This document shows positions 40,050-54,177 of a stretch of 64,000 nt of DNA, in pieces (position 1 is the stretch's first letter; each line of letters starts with the position of its first letter). The translations under genes and the position numbers were made by a program. The stretch is from Trichoplax adhaerens (Eukaryota; Animalia; Placozoa), in assembly GCF_000150275.1 (NCBI RefSeq), contig NW_002060945.1, forward strand, positions 3,890,059 to 3,954,058. Direction: 5' to 3'. The notes under the pieces are model-generated. The model was not told the origin of the DNA, did not search any database, and saw nothing but the letters and a program-made list of their open reading frames with translations.

Positions 40050-43000
40050 CTAAAATTGAAATAAAAAACAATATTTTATGCTGTATTGCAGGGATTTTAA
40101 TCAAATTTTAACTTAAATTATCCTCACCCGCCATGGTATAAAGAGTGCTGAATATTAGTAACGAAAATTTTTTTAAACTTAACCGATATGACCTTAATCA
40201 GATAGACTAGTGCCTGCTATATCTGAAGATTTTAACAGACGAAAATTTACTCACTATTTCAGATTAATAAGTAAGAACAGCCAATCATTTACTTCTGTTA
40301 TTAATACGCTAATAAAATTATTTTAAATAGGATGGATGAACTTTTAGCGATATGCTTCCCTTCACGATAGGTAAATCTGCTTAGATTAGTGGGTGTAAGT
40401 TTTTTATTATTGAAGTCTTTTATCGTAGAATGGAATGTATAAAACTAATGATCTAAGTTACAATAAAATTTAGATGAAATATGATTTACGATGAATTTAG
40501 GCCTTTACAATATTAATAAGTTTTAGTTTACTAGTTATCACTATCAAAGATTTTATAAGAAGAGTAGTTCCTTTAGATATGTATCATAATAAATACTAGA
40601 AGTAATAATGTACATACCGAGCGTCTGCCTTAACAGCTGGAAATATATGACGATCTATGACGAAGGTAGAAATATAGTTTAAAAAGTGATGATGAATCTA
40701 TTTAATTATCTTTTAATACGTCATGCTCAGTAAAATAACATGACGTTAATTGGTGATAAATTTATTTATTAGTTACTCACGCTAATGCTAGCTATGATTT
40801 TATTTCGTTTAATAATCTATTTTAGATTAGTACCGACCTACACCTCTTTATAAAACGTTTACGTTTAAAATTTGATCTTCCGATAGTTTGCAATTTTAAG
40901 GCAATTATCTTGGACTTTACACGGGGATGATAAAATAGATGAAAATTGGCTGCAGTCTTAACAATTATTCTAAAATGTGCTTCACGTAACGAATTTTGGG
41001 GTTTAAATAGATAAATTATAGTTTTCTTTATGATACTGTTTTTTTGTGCACGGTATTCTTCACAAATTTAGAATTAAAAGGATGATACTCTGATACCGTA
41101 ATGCTTTCTTACATGATAATTATTATCTATATTTACTACTAAATTTTATTTCACGCAATATCTATGTGTTAAAGTTCTATTAAACAATTATCTCAGATTA
41201 CAGCATTATTGATGGAGCTCAATGGATTGAAATTTAGCCAGATGATAGATTTCAGATATATACTAGCGTCCATCGGGATTCGTAGTCTGGTAGGGTTATG
41301 AGTTATCAATTCCCTGAAGTTTAATTAAATGTTAGATATTTTCTCTTACGTTATAGTATCTTTGCAACTAGAGCAACTGAATCGAGATAAAACTCTTGTC
41401 TACACAATTTCATATATTGAAAATGTAGGATTTCAGTTCGTATCAACTAAGTGAAGAACAATAATCCGTTCCTATTTAGTAGTTAAGTTTAGAATGATTT
41501 ATCAAAAAAACTGAGTTTTTTTGTTAGCTTTAGAGTTAAAAAAAACGGCATATACCATAACAAAATTGTACTCTTAATATTTAAAACTGATATTCAAAGT
41601 AGAATTTTTAACGACCTTTTTGAAAATAGAATATCGTTCTTTTATTTAAATAGACTTACTATGATTGCTGTAATCAGTAATTGATTTACCACCTTCGCCA
41701 TTCCTAGGTTGCGATCATAATCTATCTTTTGACGTGTCTGAAGTTAAAGGTGAATTTAGTTTTCGCTAACCTTCTTTTGTAGTTAATCTGAGGCTTCAAG
41801 TATACCAATAATTCTTCTCAGTCCTTGCCCGCTGGTTTCTCAGTAGAATTAATTTTCACTTCGAGGCTCATTATATCAGCAATTATTGTCTTAGTAGATT
41901 ACGTTAGCTTGCACTATAATAACTAGTTGAATTGTTATAGATATTACATTGTTCTGCTTAGATTTTACAGTCATAGTTATTTAACTGTATAATATTCATG
42001 ATGGGCAGCTAGGTGCCGCAAGAAAGAAAGCATCGAGGTCAGGCTCTATACGGAGCTCGATTTAGTCTTACGAAAATTAAGATAAATTAAGCCTTATTAA
42101 TTATAAAATCAGGATCTCTGCGTTATTTATGGCAACTAAACTTCAGAGCTAAATAGCTTATGACTAACATGTACTCTTACAATTTTGTGTCTGCTTTTAT
42201 AGAGATGATATAAGTTAGTTTACTGTTGTGTATCATGTTATTATATCGCTTGAACTAGCGATTGTTAAAATATTTGTTGCGCTACCCTATTTGTTTTCTG
42301 ACAATGTTAACGAAAATTTCATGTCTGGCGACGCTTTCTTCGACAAATTCTAAAAGTTGCCTATAGCAATATGGTTTTGGACGACTTTTATATAAGTATG
42401 TTGGCAGCTATGAGGATCATCAGGTTGATTTTATGAACATATTGTTAGTCTAGACTTATTTTAGCTATTTCATACTTCCTGTTCACAATAGTTACAATAA
42501 TAAACGTATGTATTGAATGCAATCCTTAAACAATGGCCAAGGTCACGAAACTGAGTCTAATATTGTGCCTCAAAGTAGGCGGTCTTACCATTACTAACAA
42601 TAAAAATATAATGAGTATTAATTTCTATTAGTGATGGTGATAGTTTATGATAACGCACATCATCATTTTATGAACGTGTACGGGAAGAATATGAGTAATA
42701 TATATCACAGCAGCCAATGCCACTTCTATGCATACACACTTTGATTCAATATTTATATTCCAATATTTTATTTACTTATATTCGAAAGAGAGAGAGCAAA
42801 TAACTTATTGAAATCTATGGGCCTAGCGGTATTTATACAGCTTAATACGACTATCATTAAACCCCTCGTTCTATGAAAGGGCGCGTGGGATAGATAAATA
42901 TAGCGCGGTACTTGCAGTTGCTATGTATTTTGAAGGAAGAGGATACGGTGAAGTTGGTGACACTTTTTAACTAGATAGCATACCATACTTGGCTATTTTA

Positions 43001-44468
43001 TGTACTCTACGTCTATTACAAGAAAGGCAAATTAAGTGATTAATGATGTTTCTATTTAAGCAGTTCGAGTCAACAATATGCATATTCTACTCATTTAGAA
43101 AAACAAATTTATCACAAAATGTTAGCTTTGCTTCGGTTGATTTAAGATATATTTGATACATCGTGGTTTTGGACTACCGATATGTTAGATAATTAGAAAT
43201 TTTTCTGGCGTTAAAACATTCCTGTGAAAATTGCTATTTGATTTGGTGACGATCGTTAGCAAATGGCTTGAAATTTGAACCATTGCTATTAAATACTCGG
43301 CAATGTTTCAATTAGATTGACAGATACATACCGGTAGCATCTTACTGGTATTTTCGTAGTTATTATTAATAAATGAATAGATACTGACAAAAAATTAGAA
43401 ATTAAGTCTAAATTAATGACAGTGTCCTTAGCTGCATCAACTGTAATCATTAATTAGTTGACGATACATGTTATCTTCCAGTACTATGACAAGTATTTAA
43501 AGTAGAAACAAGTTTTACGCCGAGAACCTTCAAAATGCAGAGGATTATATCCCTTTATAATGGCTATAGTTCATGTAGCTGTTTAGCAATTAACTTTCGC
43601 AAAATAAAGCGCCAATATTATATGCATAAGATACAATGCATCACTTAATATTTTTGTGTTCTGCAGCCCTAACTCTAATAATCTGACTAATTCCAAGCTG
43701 GATAAAGTCATACACTCACGAATGTGTTACATTCTATAAACACTATCGGCATATGTTATTATTATAGGACTATATAGCGCTTACAGGTGTTTATTGATCG
43801 AACGGAAATTAATTCCTTACTCCATAATAGAGTTAACAGTAACTTGCCAGGTTACAATAATGGCATATGCCGAGTGACACGTAATGTAGTTTATAGGGAA
43901 GCTTTACATTGAATTAGTGATTATAATACTATACTTAGGATAAAGCGTCTAGGCAAATATCATTTATATAACACATTTTGCAGCCACAAAAATGTAATGC
44001 TTTAATTCCGAACGTAAAGTAAATAAATTTCATTGCATTATGAATTTGTGATATGTAAGGGAGTAATTGCCATATTACTTTTATTGTTCCTTTGCAATAC
44101 ATCAATAATATTCTAATCAGCATTATAGAGTAATCGGATGTTAATGAAATGTTGTCAAATTATGCAAAGTAAACTTGCAAATGAGTGTTCAATCATAATA
44201 TTACTACTCAGCAATGGTTAATATAATTTTAATCTGTCCAGTAGCATTATTCTTCACATTAGGATATGTAGAGCAGATATTATAATTGCCGAATTATTAT
44301 TAAAGACTGTAATAAGGTTTCATCCGTGAATGCATTATTGAAAAGTAGTATTCTAGAAGCATAGTTGTGAATATACTGTAGTGCCCGGCTATTACCGGGA
44401 TATATATAATGTCGAATGGTAATAATAACTATTAATTATTAACAAATGGGTACGTTATCAAATGCCCG

Positions 44469-44546
44469 TAGACCTGTCAGAGGTTCGGTTCGGTTCAGAA
44501 GGAACCGATGTATGTCGATGTGAACTGTGGTTCGTCGGTTCAGTTC
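44469..44546. mobile_element. Possible MITE/hAT-like terminal remnant (TAGACCTGTCAGAGGTTCGGTTCGGTTC...)
   Basis: GC-richer island with GGTTC/GAACC subterminal-type repeats just downstream of the 44620 stop codon. The second terminus was not identified. Confidence 0.3.
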
Positions 44547-44619
44547 TACTACAATTAAGTAAATAAACAAATTGTTACATAATAGTAAAATTTTAACGAT
44601 GATAATTTTGGAATGGCTA

Positions 44620-47561
44620 TTAATTAGGTATTGAAGAATTATTTGCATGGGTGCTCTCGCCTTGCTTAAAGTATGTAATAACTTTATCGCTAACGCCGTA
44701 ATTCATGATATTATCTATTCGTAATGACTTCAGTCCAGCTTCAACGTAGTTATTGGAACTCACTGGCAGTGGCTGGCTATCTATGAAGGAGATATTTACT
44801 TGATTGTGTGTTTTCTTCTTAAATTGTTCGTTCTGCATGTAACCTAAAAGAAGTAAAGCTGCGAAGATGATTACTACACCAATAGATCCCACAGCGATAC
44901 CAATAACTGCTCCCTGAGGAAGTCCAATATTAATATGAATATCACATCTTGTCCCAGTATAAGCCTTATCGCAAGTACACGAAAGTTGATTGTTTTTGTA
45001 CATACAGGTTCCGCCATTTTGACAATAATCTACGTTACAGGCTATACTACAGCCTGTAACTGAATATGGATCGCCTTGATATCCTACTTGACAAGTACAT
45101 GTATAAGATCCTGCTGTATTCGAACATATAGTGTTATTTCTACATGGTCGTGATATAGTACATTCATCAATATCGACACAACTAAAACCGGTATAACCTG
45201 TCTTACATTGACAAGTATAGGTACCAGGTAAATTAATACACTTTTGGTTATTATTACATGTGTTATCTATTGCTCTAGCGCACTCATTGAAATCAGTAAC
45301 TGTTACATTTTGTATCGATTGTCCTTGGATAGTTAAATTGCTAGTAGAGAGGACATTAATTAACTCGCTTTCATTAATATTAGAGTTTTGTTTAAAAACT
45401 GTATAATATTGTGTAATGATACTACCTACTTTGAAACCTGTAACAACTACACGTTCAAAGCTATTTTTCGTAGTAGAAGATGAATTAAATGTTGCTGTGA
45501 GAGCAGTTACGACTTTTTGTTTAAGTGTTTGATATGTCGTCGTGTTAGGATTATTTAGTTGTTGATCGAAAGTACCGGCGAGTTTAAGACTACCGTTAAA
45601 GATATCTCCACGTTGACAATGAGTATCTGATTGAAGTCGTGTTTCAGATAATACACTATTAGAATAATATCCGATCTTACAGCTGCAATAGTTATTATTA
45701 TTGTATATGAGACAGCTTGCTTTGGTATCGCAGTTATTATTTCCATAGCAGGTAACAATCGGAGTACAAGAGATACCATTTCCGTAATAGCCAGATTTAC
45801 AACGACAACGGAATGATCCAAGAGTATTAATACATTGAGCATTAGTGTGACAGTTATCTAGATTATATGAACATTCGTCTATATCTGTACAAGATATTAA
45901 TCCGTTTCCAGAGAATCCAGTATTACATAGACAGTCGTACGATCCGTTCGTATTAACGCAGTTCGAGTTATTACTACACATGTTAAGGTTATTAGTAATA
46001 CATTCATCGATATCTTGACAAGCGATGCCGTTACCTTTGTAACCGTTATTACAAGTACACATATACGATCCAATAGTGTTATTACAGTTTGCGTAGATAT
46101 AACAGTTGTAAGTTTCTGATGTACACTCGTTAATATCGTTGCAAGATATTCCGTTACCCGAAAATCCTATGTTGCATTGACAAGTATAAGATCCGATCGT
46201 GTTATTACAATAAGCGTGGATTGAATATCGATGTACTTCTGATAGACATTCATCGACATCGTTACACGTTCTACCATCGCCTACATATCCGTTATTACAT
46301 TGGCACGTATAAGATCCGACTGAATTAATACATTGAGCGTTAGTGTGACAGTTATCTAGATTATATGAACATTCGTCTATATCTGTACAAGATATTAATC
46401 CGTTTCCAGAGAATCCAGTATTACATAGACAGTCGTACGATCCGTTCGTATTAACGCAGTTCGAGTTATTACTACACATGTTAAGGTTATTAGTAATACA
46501 TTCATCGATATCTTGACAAGCGATGCCGTTACCTTTGTAACCGTTATTACAAGTACACATATACGATCTAACAGTGTTATTACAGTTTGCGTAGATAGAA
46601 CAGCTGTAAGTTTCTGATGTACACTCGTTAATATCGTTGCAAGATATTCCGTTACCCGAAAATCCTATGTTGCATTGACAAGTATAAGATCCGATCGTGT
46701 TATTACAATAAGCGTGGATTGAACATCGATGTACTTCTGATAGACATTCATCGACATCGTTACACGTTCTACCATCGCCTACATATCCGTTATTACATTG
46801 GCACGTATAAGATCCGGCTGTATTATTACAATTAGCGTTAGGATCGCATTGATTTATTGTAGAGCATTCGTTGACGTCTTGGCATGTAAATCCGTTTCCA
46901 GAATAACCAATATGACATATACAAGTATAAGACCCATTATTGTTATAGCAATCGGCATTAACGAAACATGAATGAGTTTCTGATGTGCATTCGTTATTAT
47001 CTGTACATGTAATTCCATCGCCTGTGTATCCTTGCGTACAATGACACGTGTATGAGCCTTTAGTATTTATACAGTTAGCATTATTACTACATTGTTTGAT
47101 CGATAAACATTCATTAATATCAATACATGTAAATCCGTTTCCGCTATATCCTGTCTTGCATGTACATCGATATGATCCGTGATTATTAATACAATCGGCG
47201 TTAATAGAACAAACATGACTGCCCGATGAGCATTCATTGTTATCAGTACATATTGTTCCATTACCTGTATAACCTTGTTTACATTGACATGTATATGAAC
47301 CATCAGTATTTATGCAATTAGCGTTACTATTGCAATAACTACTTATTGAACATTCGTTAATATCTTGACATGTAGATCCATTACCAGTATAGCCCATCTT
47401 GCATGTACAAGAATATGAACCGTTGTTATTGTAGCAATTAGCATCACTAGAGCAGGTATGATTACCTACTGAGCATTCATTGATATCTATGCAAGTTGTT
47501 CCATTACCCGTATAGCCTGTCTTACACTGGCAAGAGTATACTCCAAGCGAATTGACACAAT
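44620..47561 (-). CDS. Large terminal exon of a paralogous cbEGF-array-SEA-EGF-TM protein (copy 1); begins mid-EGF domain
   Basis: 1002-aa ORF of tandem DINEC cbEGF domains, SEA with GFKVGSII, TM AVIGIAVGSIGVVIIFAALLLLG. Candidate acceptor tgcag|AT TGT GTC at ~47561. Confidence 0.85.
45800..46820 (-). repeat. 498-bp coding tandem repeat (four cbEGF domains per unit), ~2 units
   Basis: Near-identical repeats of the SEVHRC / SETYxC / ITNNLNMC / SxNLDNC EGF quartet. Confidence 0.85.
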
Positions 47562-47741
47562 CTGCATGAGAATTATCGTAAAAATTTGAGTATGAGAAAG
47601 TATCCCAATAGTGTATAAAAGTATACATGACGGAACAATTTTAATTTAATTAATCAAATAGTGAATTTATATTCAGTAATAGATTCACACTAGTTATACT
47701 TGGCGTATTGTTATTACTTTAATACTCTTGATAACCGTAAT

Positions 47742-47791
47742 NNNNNNNNNNNNNNNNNNNNNNNNNNNNNNNNNNNNNNNNNNNNNNNNNN
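47742..47791. other. Assembly gap (50 N)
   Basis: Run of N. Confidence 1.
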
Positions 47792-50241
47792 TGTAGTTTC
47801 TGATGTACACTCGTTAATATCGTTGCAAGATATTCCGTTACCCGAAAATCCTATGTTGCATTGACAAGTATAAGATCCGATCGTGTTATTACAATAAGCG
47901 TGGATTGAATATCGATGTACTTCTGATAGACATTCATCGACATCGTTACACGTTCTACCATCGCCTACATATCCGTTATTACATTGGCACGTATAAGATC
48001 CGACTGAATTAATACATTGAGCGTTAGTGTGACAGTTATCTAGATTATATGAACATTCGTCTATATCTGTACAAGATATTAATCCGTTTCCAGAGAATCC
48101 AGTATTACATAGACAGTCGTACGATCCGTTCGTATTAACGCAGCTCGAGTTATTACTACACATGTTAAGGTTATTAGTAATACATTCATCGATATCTTGA
48201 CAAGCGATGCCGTTACCTTTGTAACCGTTATTACAAGTACACATATACGATCCAATAGTGTTATTACAGTTTGCGTAGATATAACAGTTGTAAGTTTCTG
48301 ATGTACACTCGTTAATATCGTTGCAAGATATTCCGTTACCCGAAAATCCTATGTTGCATTGACAAGTATAAGATCCGATCGTGTTATTACAATAAGCGTG
48401 GATTGAACATCGATGTACTTCTGATAGACATTCATCGACATCGTTACACGTTCTACCATCGCCTACATATCCGTTATTACATTGGCACGTATAAGATCCG
48501 ACTGAATTAATACATTGAGCGTTAGTGTGACAGTTATCTAGATTATTTGAACATTCGTCTATATCTGTACAAGATATTAATCCGTTTCCAGAGAATCCAG
48601 TATTACATAGACAGTCGTACGATCCGTTTGTATTAACGCAGTTCGAGTTATTACTACACATGTTAAGGTTATTAGTAATACATTCATCGATATCTTGACA
48701 AGTGATGCCGTTACCTTTATAACCGTTATTACAAGTACACATATACGATCCAATAGTGTTATTACAGTTTGCGTAGATAGAACAGTTGTAAGTTTCTGAT
48801 GTACACTCGTTAATATCGTTGCAAGATATTCCGTTACCCGAAAATCCTATGTTGCATTGACAAGTATAAGATCCGATCGTGTTATTACAATAAGCGTGGA
48901 TTGAACATCGATGTACTTCTGATAGACATTCATCGACATCGTTACACGTTCTACCATCGCCTACATATCCGTTATTACATTGGCACGTATAAGATCCGAC
49001 TGAATTAATACATTGAGCGTTAGTGTGACAGTTATCTAGATTATTTGAACATTCGTCTATATCTGTACAAGATATTAATCCGTTTCCAGAGAATCCAGTA
49101 TTACATAGACAGTCGTACGATCCGTTCGTATTAACGCAGTTCGAGTTATTACTACACATGTTAAGGTTATTAGTAATACATTCATCGATATCTTGACAAG
49201 CGATGCCGTTACCTTTGTAACCGTTATTACAAGTACACATATACGATCTAACAGTGTTATTACAGTTTGCGTAGATAGAACAGCTGTAAGTTTCTGATGT
49301 ACACTCGTTAATATCGTTGCAAGATATTCCGTTACCCGAAAATCCTATGTTGCATTGACAAGTATAAGATCCGATCGTGTTATTACAATAAGCGTGGATT
49401 GAACATCGATGTACTTCTGATAGACATTCATCGACATCGTTACACGTTCTACCATCGCCTACATATCCGTTATTACATTGGCACGTATAAGATCCGGCTG
49501 TATTATTACAATTAGCGTTAGAATCGCATTGATTTGTTGCGGAGCATTCGTTGACGTCTTTGCATGTAAATCCGTTTCCAGAATAACCAATACGACATAT
49601 ACAAGTATAAGACCCATTATTGTTATAGCAATCCGCATTAACGGAACATGAATGAGTTTCTGATGAGCATTCGTTATTATCTGTACATGTAATTCCATCG
49701 CCTGTGTATCCTTGCATACAATGACATGTGTATGAGCCGTTAGTATTTATACAGTTAGCGTTATTACTACATTGTTTGATCGATAAACATTCATTAATAT
49801 CAATACATGTAAATCCGTTTCCGCTATATCCTGTCTTGCATGTACATCGATATGATCCGTGATTATTAATACAATCGGCGTTAATAGAACAAGCATGACT
49901 GCCCGATGAGCATTCATTGTTATCAGTACATATTGTTCCATTACCTGTATAACCTTGTTTACATTGACATGTATATGAACCATCAGTATTTATGCAATTA
50001 GCGTTATTATTGCAATAACTACTTATTGAACATTCGTTAATATCTTGACATGTAGATCCATTACCAGTATAGCCCATCTTGCATGTACAAGAATATGAAC
50101 CATTGTTATTGTAGCAATTAGCATCACTAGAGCAGGTATGATTACCTACTGAGCATTCATTGATATCTATGCAAGTTGCTCCATTACCCGTATAGCCTGT
50201 CTTACACTGGCAAGAGTATACTCCAAGCGAATTGACACAAT
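47792..50241 (-). CDS. Second copy (allele or recent duplicate) of the cbEGF-array exon, cut by the gap, with at least 3.4 units of the 498-bp repeat visible
   Basis: ~98% identical to 46800-47741 including upstream flank. Period of 498 confirmed (GATTATTTGAAC at 48541 and 49039). Confidence 0.8.
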
Positions 50242-50504
50242 CTGCAGGAGAATTATCGTAAAAATTTGAGTATAAGAAAGTATCCCAATAGTATATAAAA
50301 GTATACATGACGGAACAATTTTAATTTAATTAATCAAATAGTGAATTTATATTCACTAATAGATTCACACTCGTTATACTTGGCGTATTGTTATTACTTT
50401 AATACTCTTGATAACCGTAATAAATAAGCGCATGGCAGACAGTTATTTATTAACTTAATACTGCATTTATAAGTTGGTTCGTCTGGAATGAAGAAATAGT
50501 CTTA

Positions 50505-51703
50505 AATGCGAGAATAGCAGTTTATTGAGATCATAACTACGTACTCAAATAGAAATTTCTTAAGTTTGCAATACTCCGTAAGTTATGAATTATTTACTGT
50601 AATTACCCTCCTAAAGTCGTAATTTACGAAGTATTCTAGAGTTTGATACGGTAAGCGCTATTTATATAAGAAGAGAAATTTCTAGACTATCGATTACATC
50701 GCAGATAATTAAATAATGTAGTCTTTACAAAGTCGACTGCTGCCAATGTGAGAGACCGCAGAATAATATATTATAATAAGAAAGTAAGATAAGATAATTG
50801 ATTTTGCTAATATAAACACCGAGCTGTAGCCGTTAAGGCATGAGGAACTGATCGAATATTAATTCAACTCGTGGTTGAATGTGTATTAGGTAACATAGTA
50901 ATTACCAAAAGTTTACTAAATTAATGAGGTCATCCAGGCTGCTAAGTGCTATATACAGTACGCGTACAGTGTATAGGGAGATAGCTATATTTATCCATGG
51001 ATAAAAGTAGAATATTAACATGACGTTCCTTACGGGTAATTTATACATAAATCCTAAATATTTATCACATAGATATCATATTCTTAGTTTTAGGCATCAT
51101 AAATACAGTACTACAGTATACTTCTATTAATAGTAAGGTAATAATGATTTTAGCTACGATACTTCAAGCGTTCTTACAAGATCGATTACATGAAGACTTT
51201 ATAAGCTCGCTTTAATAAGAAATTGTTTCCGTAGTCAAACTATATTCTATGTTCTTGTAGTAGCGTAACAAATTATTATAACTATAAGTTAATTGTTATA
51301 GTTAATATACTTGTCAGTACTGGTAGCTTACTTGTGTTAAATCTGGTCAGCCTACATGTAATCTACAGTAACTACATTTAGTCTTATACGATGTATACAG
51401 TACTGTATATACTAAAGATTCTATTTAATCGTTAAAATGCCTTGTGTTAAATATCTGATAGCTGTTAAATCTTCTTTATCAATACAATATATCGAAAGCT
51501 CTATCATAATTTTAGAGCTTATTTGTATACAATAATGTAAAATAATGTGATCAAGATTTAATCGGGTATTATCGTGTTAGCGAAGGAACTACAGTATGTG
51601 TAGTTTACTTACATAATCTTGATACACATGAAAGCAGTAAGGTACAATCTATTACTCTGTAGTATACAAAACGGGCATGAAGAACTGTATGTAAGAAAAG
51701 AAT
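50505..51703. repeat. ~1.2-kb inverted duplication; partner at ~61570-63033, which carries an extra ~260-bp insertion
   Basis: Near-identical reverse-complement sequence throughout (e.g. 51541-51700 vs 61570-61735; 50505-51530 vs 62008-63033). Confidence 0.9.
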
Positions 51704-51935
51704 TGTCAACGGCAATTTGCGAAATCCGGCATTTTGCAAAATACCTGAAATCCTTTAGCAAAGCCCAACAGACAAAATACCGAATTTTTACAATGCCTAT
51801 TAGATAAGGCATTTTCTCTTAGGAAATTATGCGATGCGTATGAGTTAAGGCTTTTCTCATAGGCAATTTTGCAAAATACCGAATCTATTAGGAATTTCGC
51901 AAAATGCCTGAAATAGGCATTTTGCAAAATACCTA
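51704..51935 (+). mobile_element. Palindrome-built terminal module (GGCATTTTGCAAAATGCC units) of a foldback/Mutator-like element, followed by 9-bp target sequence CTTATGTAT (51936-51944)
   Basis: Starts TGTCAACGGCAATTTGCGAAATCC, ends TTTTGCAAAATACCTA. Matches the module at 63147-63220. Confidence 0.7.
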
Positions 51936-52080
51936 CTTATGTATTTACGACAAATCATATACTGGACAAGATGTGATACTCGTACTAATACTGGACTTCT
52001 TCCACAAGGAGCAGTTATTGTTATTGCTGTAGGATGTGTTGGGGCATTAATTATACAAATTATTTCTTTTTCTACTTTCG
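51936..52080 (+). pseudogene. Remnant of the last EGF plus TM segment of a third paralog
   Basis: Reads LCIYDKSYTG/(frameshift)RCDTRTNTGLLPQGAVIVIAVGCVGALII. Compare CTCDKAYTGTRCDIHINIGLPQGAVIGIAVGSIGVVII in the 44620 ORF. Confidence 0.75.
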
Positions 52081-53062
52081 TTAAAAATTTTACTATATTA
52101 CAAAAATAGTCTCATAGTTTCCATTTTTACTGTATTAAATTACATGTAAACAAAGAATGATAGAGTTGTGAGAGTATATGGTACGGTAAAGTGTACACTG
52201 TACAGCATATTGTTACAAAGTGGAAAGCTACTTTGTTAGACTCGTAGTTATGATTCGTAATGTATGTATGTTTATTTGATGACTAAAATGCAGACGCATG
52301 TTTTTATTTCGAAACTGTAATCATTAAGATTAAGGCTTAGATAGCACTTTTAATACGATACGCTCTTATCGTATGTTATTCATAATAATCTTAGTTATAT
52401 CGTTAATTGATGTGATAATATAATGGTACTAATATTCGTAATAAAATTTAGTTCAGTTCCCAAGCTCTAGTGGACTCTTTTAATCTTATCGCAAGAAAAT
52501 CTTATGAAAAGGAAAAATCGTAACATATATTTATAGATGCAAAACATGCACCGCATAAATAGATAGATTGAGAAGAAATAGAAGATTCTACTCTTCATTA
52601 TGCTTGATCAATGTGACAGGAAACGCTTCTATATCACAATTAAGAAGTTTTATCTCATTTGAACTTAAGAAAACTTTTACTGAACGAGTACGCAATAACT
52701 ATAGGTAGTATAAAGACATTACATCAGAGCTATGCTAAACAAATATCAGTACCCGATAGCAAAACAAAAATGTTAAACCTACAGGCGGCGACAAGATTGA
52801 CGTGACTCTTCAAGAAGATATAATACCCAAAATAAAAATTAGTAAAATAATTACCCACATATATTGAATTGATCGTATTTTAGTGCAATCCTGAAGAATG
52901 ATTTTAAAATTATGCTTAACTGTTTAATTCCCCTAGAAGATACAAGTGTGTGACGTAAAAAGAATAAGAATAATTATGTACGTCTATCTTAATGATCAGA
53001 TTTTAGCATAATCCGAAAGAATGTGACTTATAATTTATTCAGATTTCTGTACTCTGCCGCTT

Positions 53063-53112
53063 NNNNNNNNNNNNNNNNNNNNNNNNNNNNNNNNNNNNNN
53101 NNNNNNNNNNNN
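53063..53112. other. Assembly gap (50 N)
   Basis: Run of N. Confidence 1.
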
Positions 53113-54082
53113 TGGTAGTCATTGTACACAAGATTTTAATGCATGTGCAGATCAACCATGCTTCAGTAATGCTACTTGTACGGACAATATCGCTCCGATG
53201 TCTGGCTATACATGTAGTAATTGCCCAATAGGTTATGTCGGTGATGGCTTGAAATGTTCTGATTATGACGAATGTTTAAATGGCACACATGCATGCAGTC
53301 AAACTTGTATTAACGAAGAGGGGAGTTACAGTTGTCAGTGTTTACCTGGCTATACTCTGAATAGTGATAATAGAGGATGTATTGATGTTAATGAGTGTAT
53401 TACTGGATCAAATAACTGCAGTAATGTCGCTACATGTACTAATCAAATTGGTTCTTATAGCTGCGCTTGTAATTCGGGCTATGTAGGCGATGGCATAAAC
53501 TGTTATGACGTAGATGAGTGTCAAAACATGTCTAATAATTGTAGTCAAATTTGTAATAACACCGTCGGAAGTTATACATGTTCATGTATTCAAGGTTACG
53601 AGTTAAGTAGTGATAAACTTACTTGCGTGGATATAAATGAATGCCAACGATTTAGACCATGTGACCAAGTTTGTATTAATATAGAAGGATCGTTTACATG
53701 TGAATGTGAACAAGGTTTTGAACTAAATAATAACAACCTAACATGTAGCGTTAGCGATCCATGTGATTTTGGACATAATTGTTCGCAAATTTGCGCCTAT
53801 ATAAACGGATCTGAAATATGTTCATGTATGAAAGGTTACGCGCTAACATATGGAAGCCAGACTGAATATGAAGATGTCGATGAATGCAGCCTCAATCCTA
53901 GTCCATGTAATCAACTATGTACAAACAACGATGGTAGCTATACATGTAGTTGTATGAACGGCTATCGATTTGGTTCAGATGGTTGGACATGTTACGATAT
54001 TAATGAATGTTTAGAAAATAATACCTGTAGTCAAAATGCAAACCGTACAAACGCACATGGTTCATATTGTGTTAGCGCGTAA
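53113..54082 (+). pseudogene. cbEGF fragment of a paralog of the NIDO-AMOP-vWD gene, truncated by an inverted self-insertion
   Basis: CTQDFNACADQPCFSNATCTDNIAPMSGYTC...GDGLKCSDYDEC aligns with [31 protein letters not shown]...[12 protein letters not shown] of the 33571 ORF. Two Cys are lost (TEYED, NANRTN). 54070-54127 is the reverse complement of 53791-53848 and creates the stop. Confidence 0.75.
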
Positions 54083-54127
54083 CCTTTCATGCATGAACAT
54101 ATTTCAGATCCGTTTATATAGGCGCAA

Positions 54128-54177
54128 NNNNNNNNNNNNNNNNNNNNNNNNNNNNNNNNNNNNNNNNNNNNNNNNNN
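54128..54177. other. Assembly gap (50 N)
   Basis: Run of N. Confidence 1.

Noticed and set aside
40128-40200. Possible signal-peptide exon of the NIDO-AMOP-vWD gene (FSLLIFSTLYTMA|GTGAG)
   Set aside because: The donor phase fits, but there is no ATG before the hydrophobic stretch and an in-frame stop lies upstream; left unresolved.
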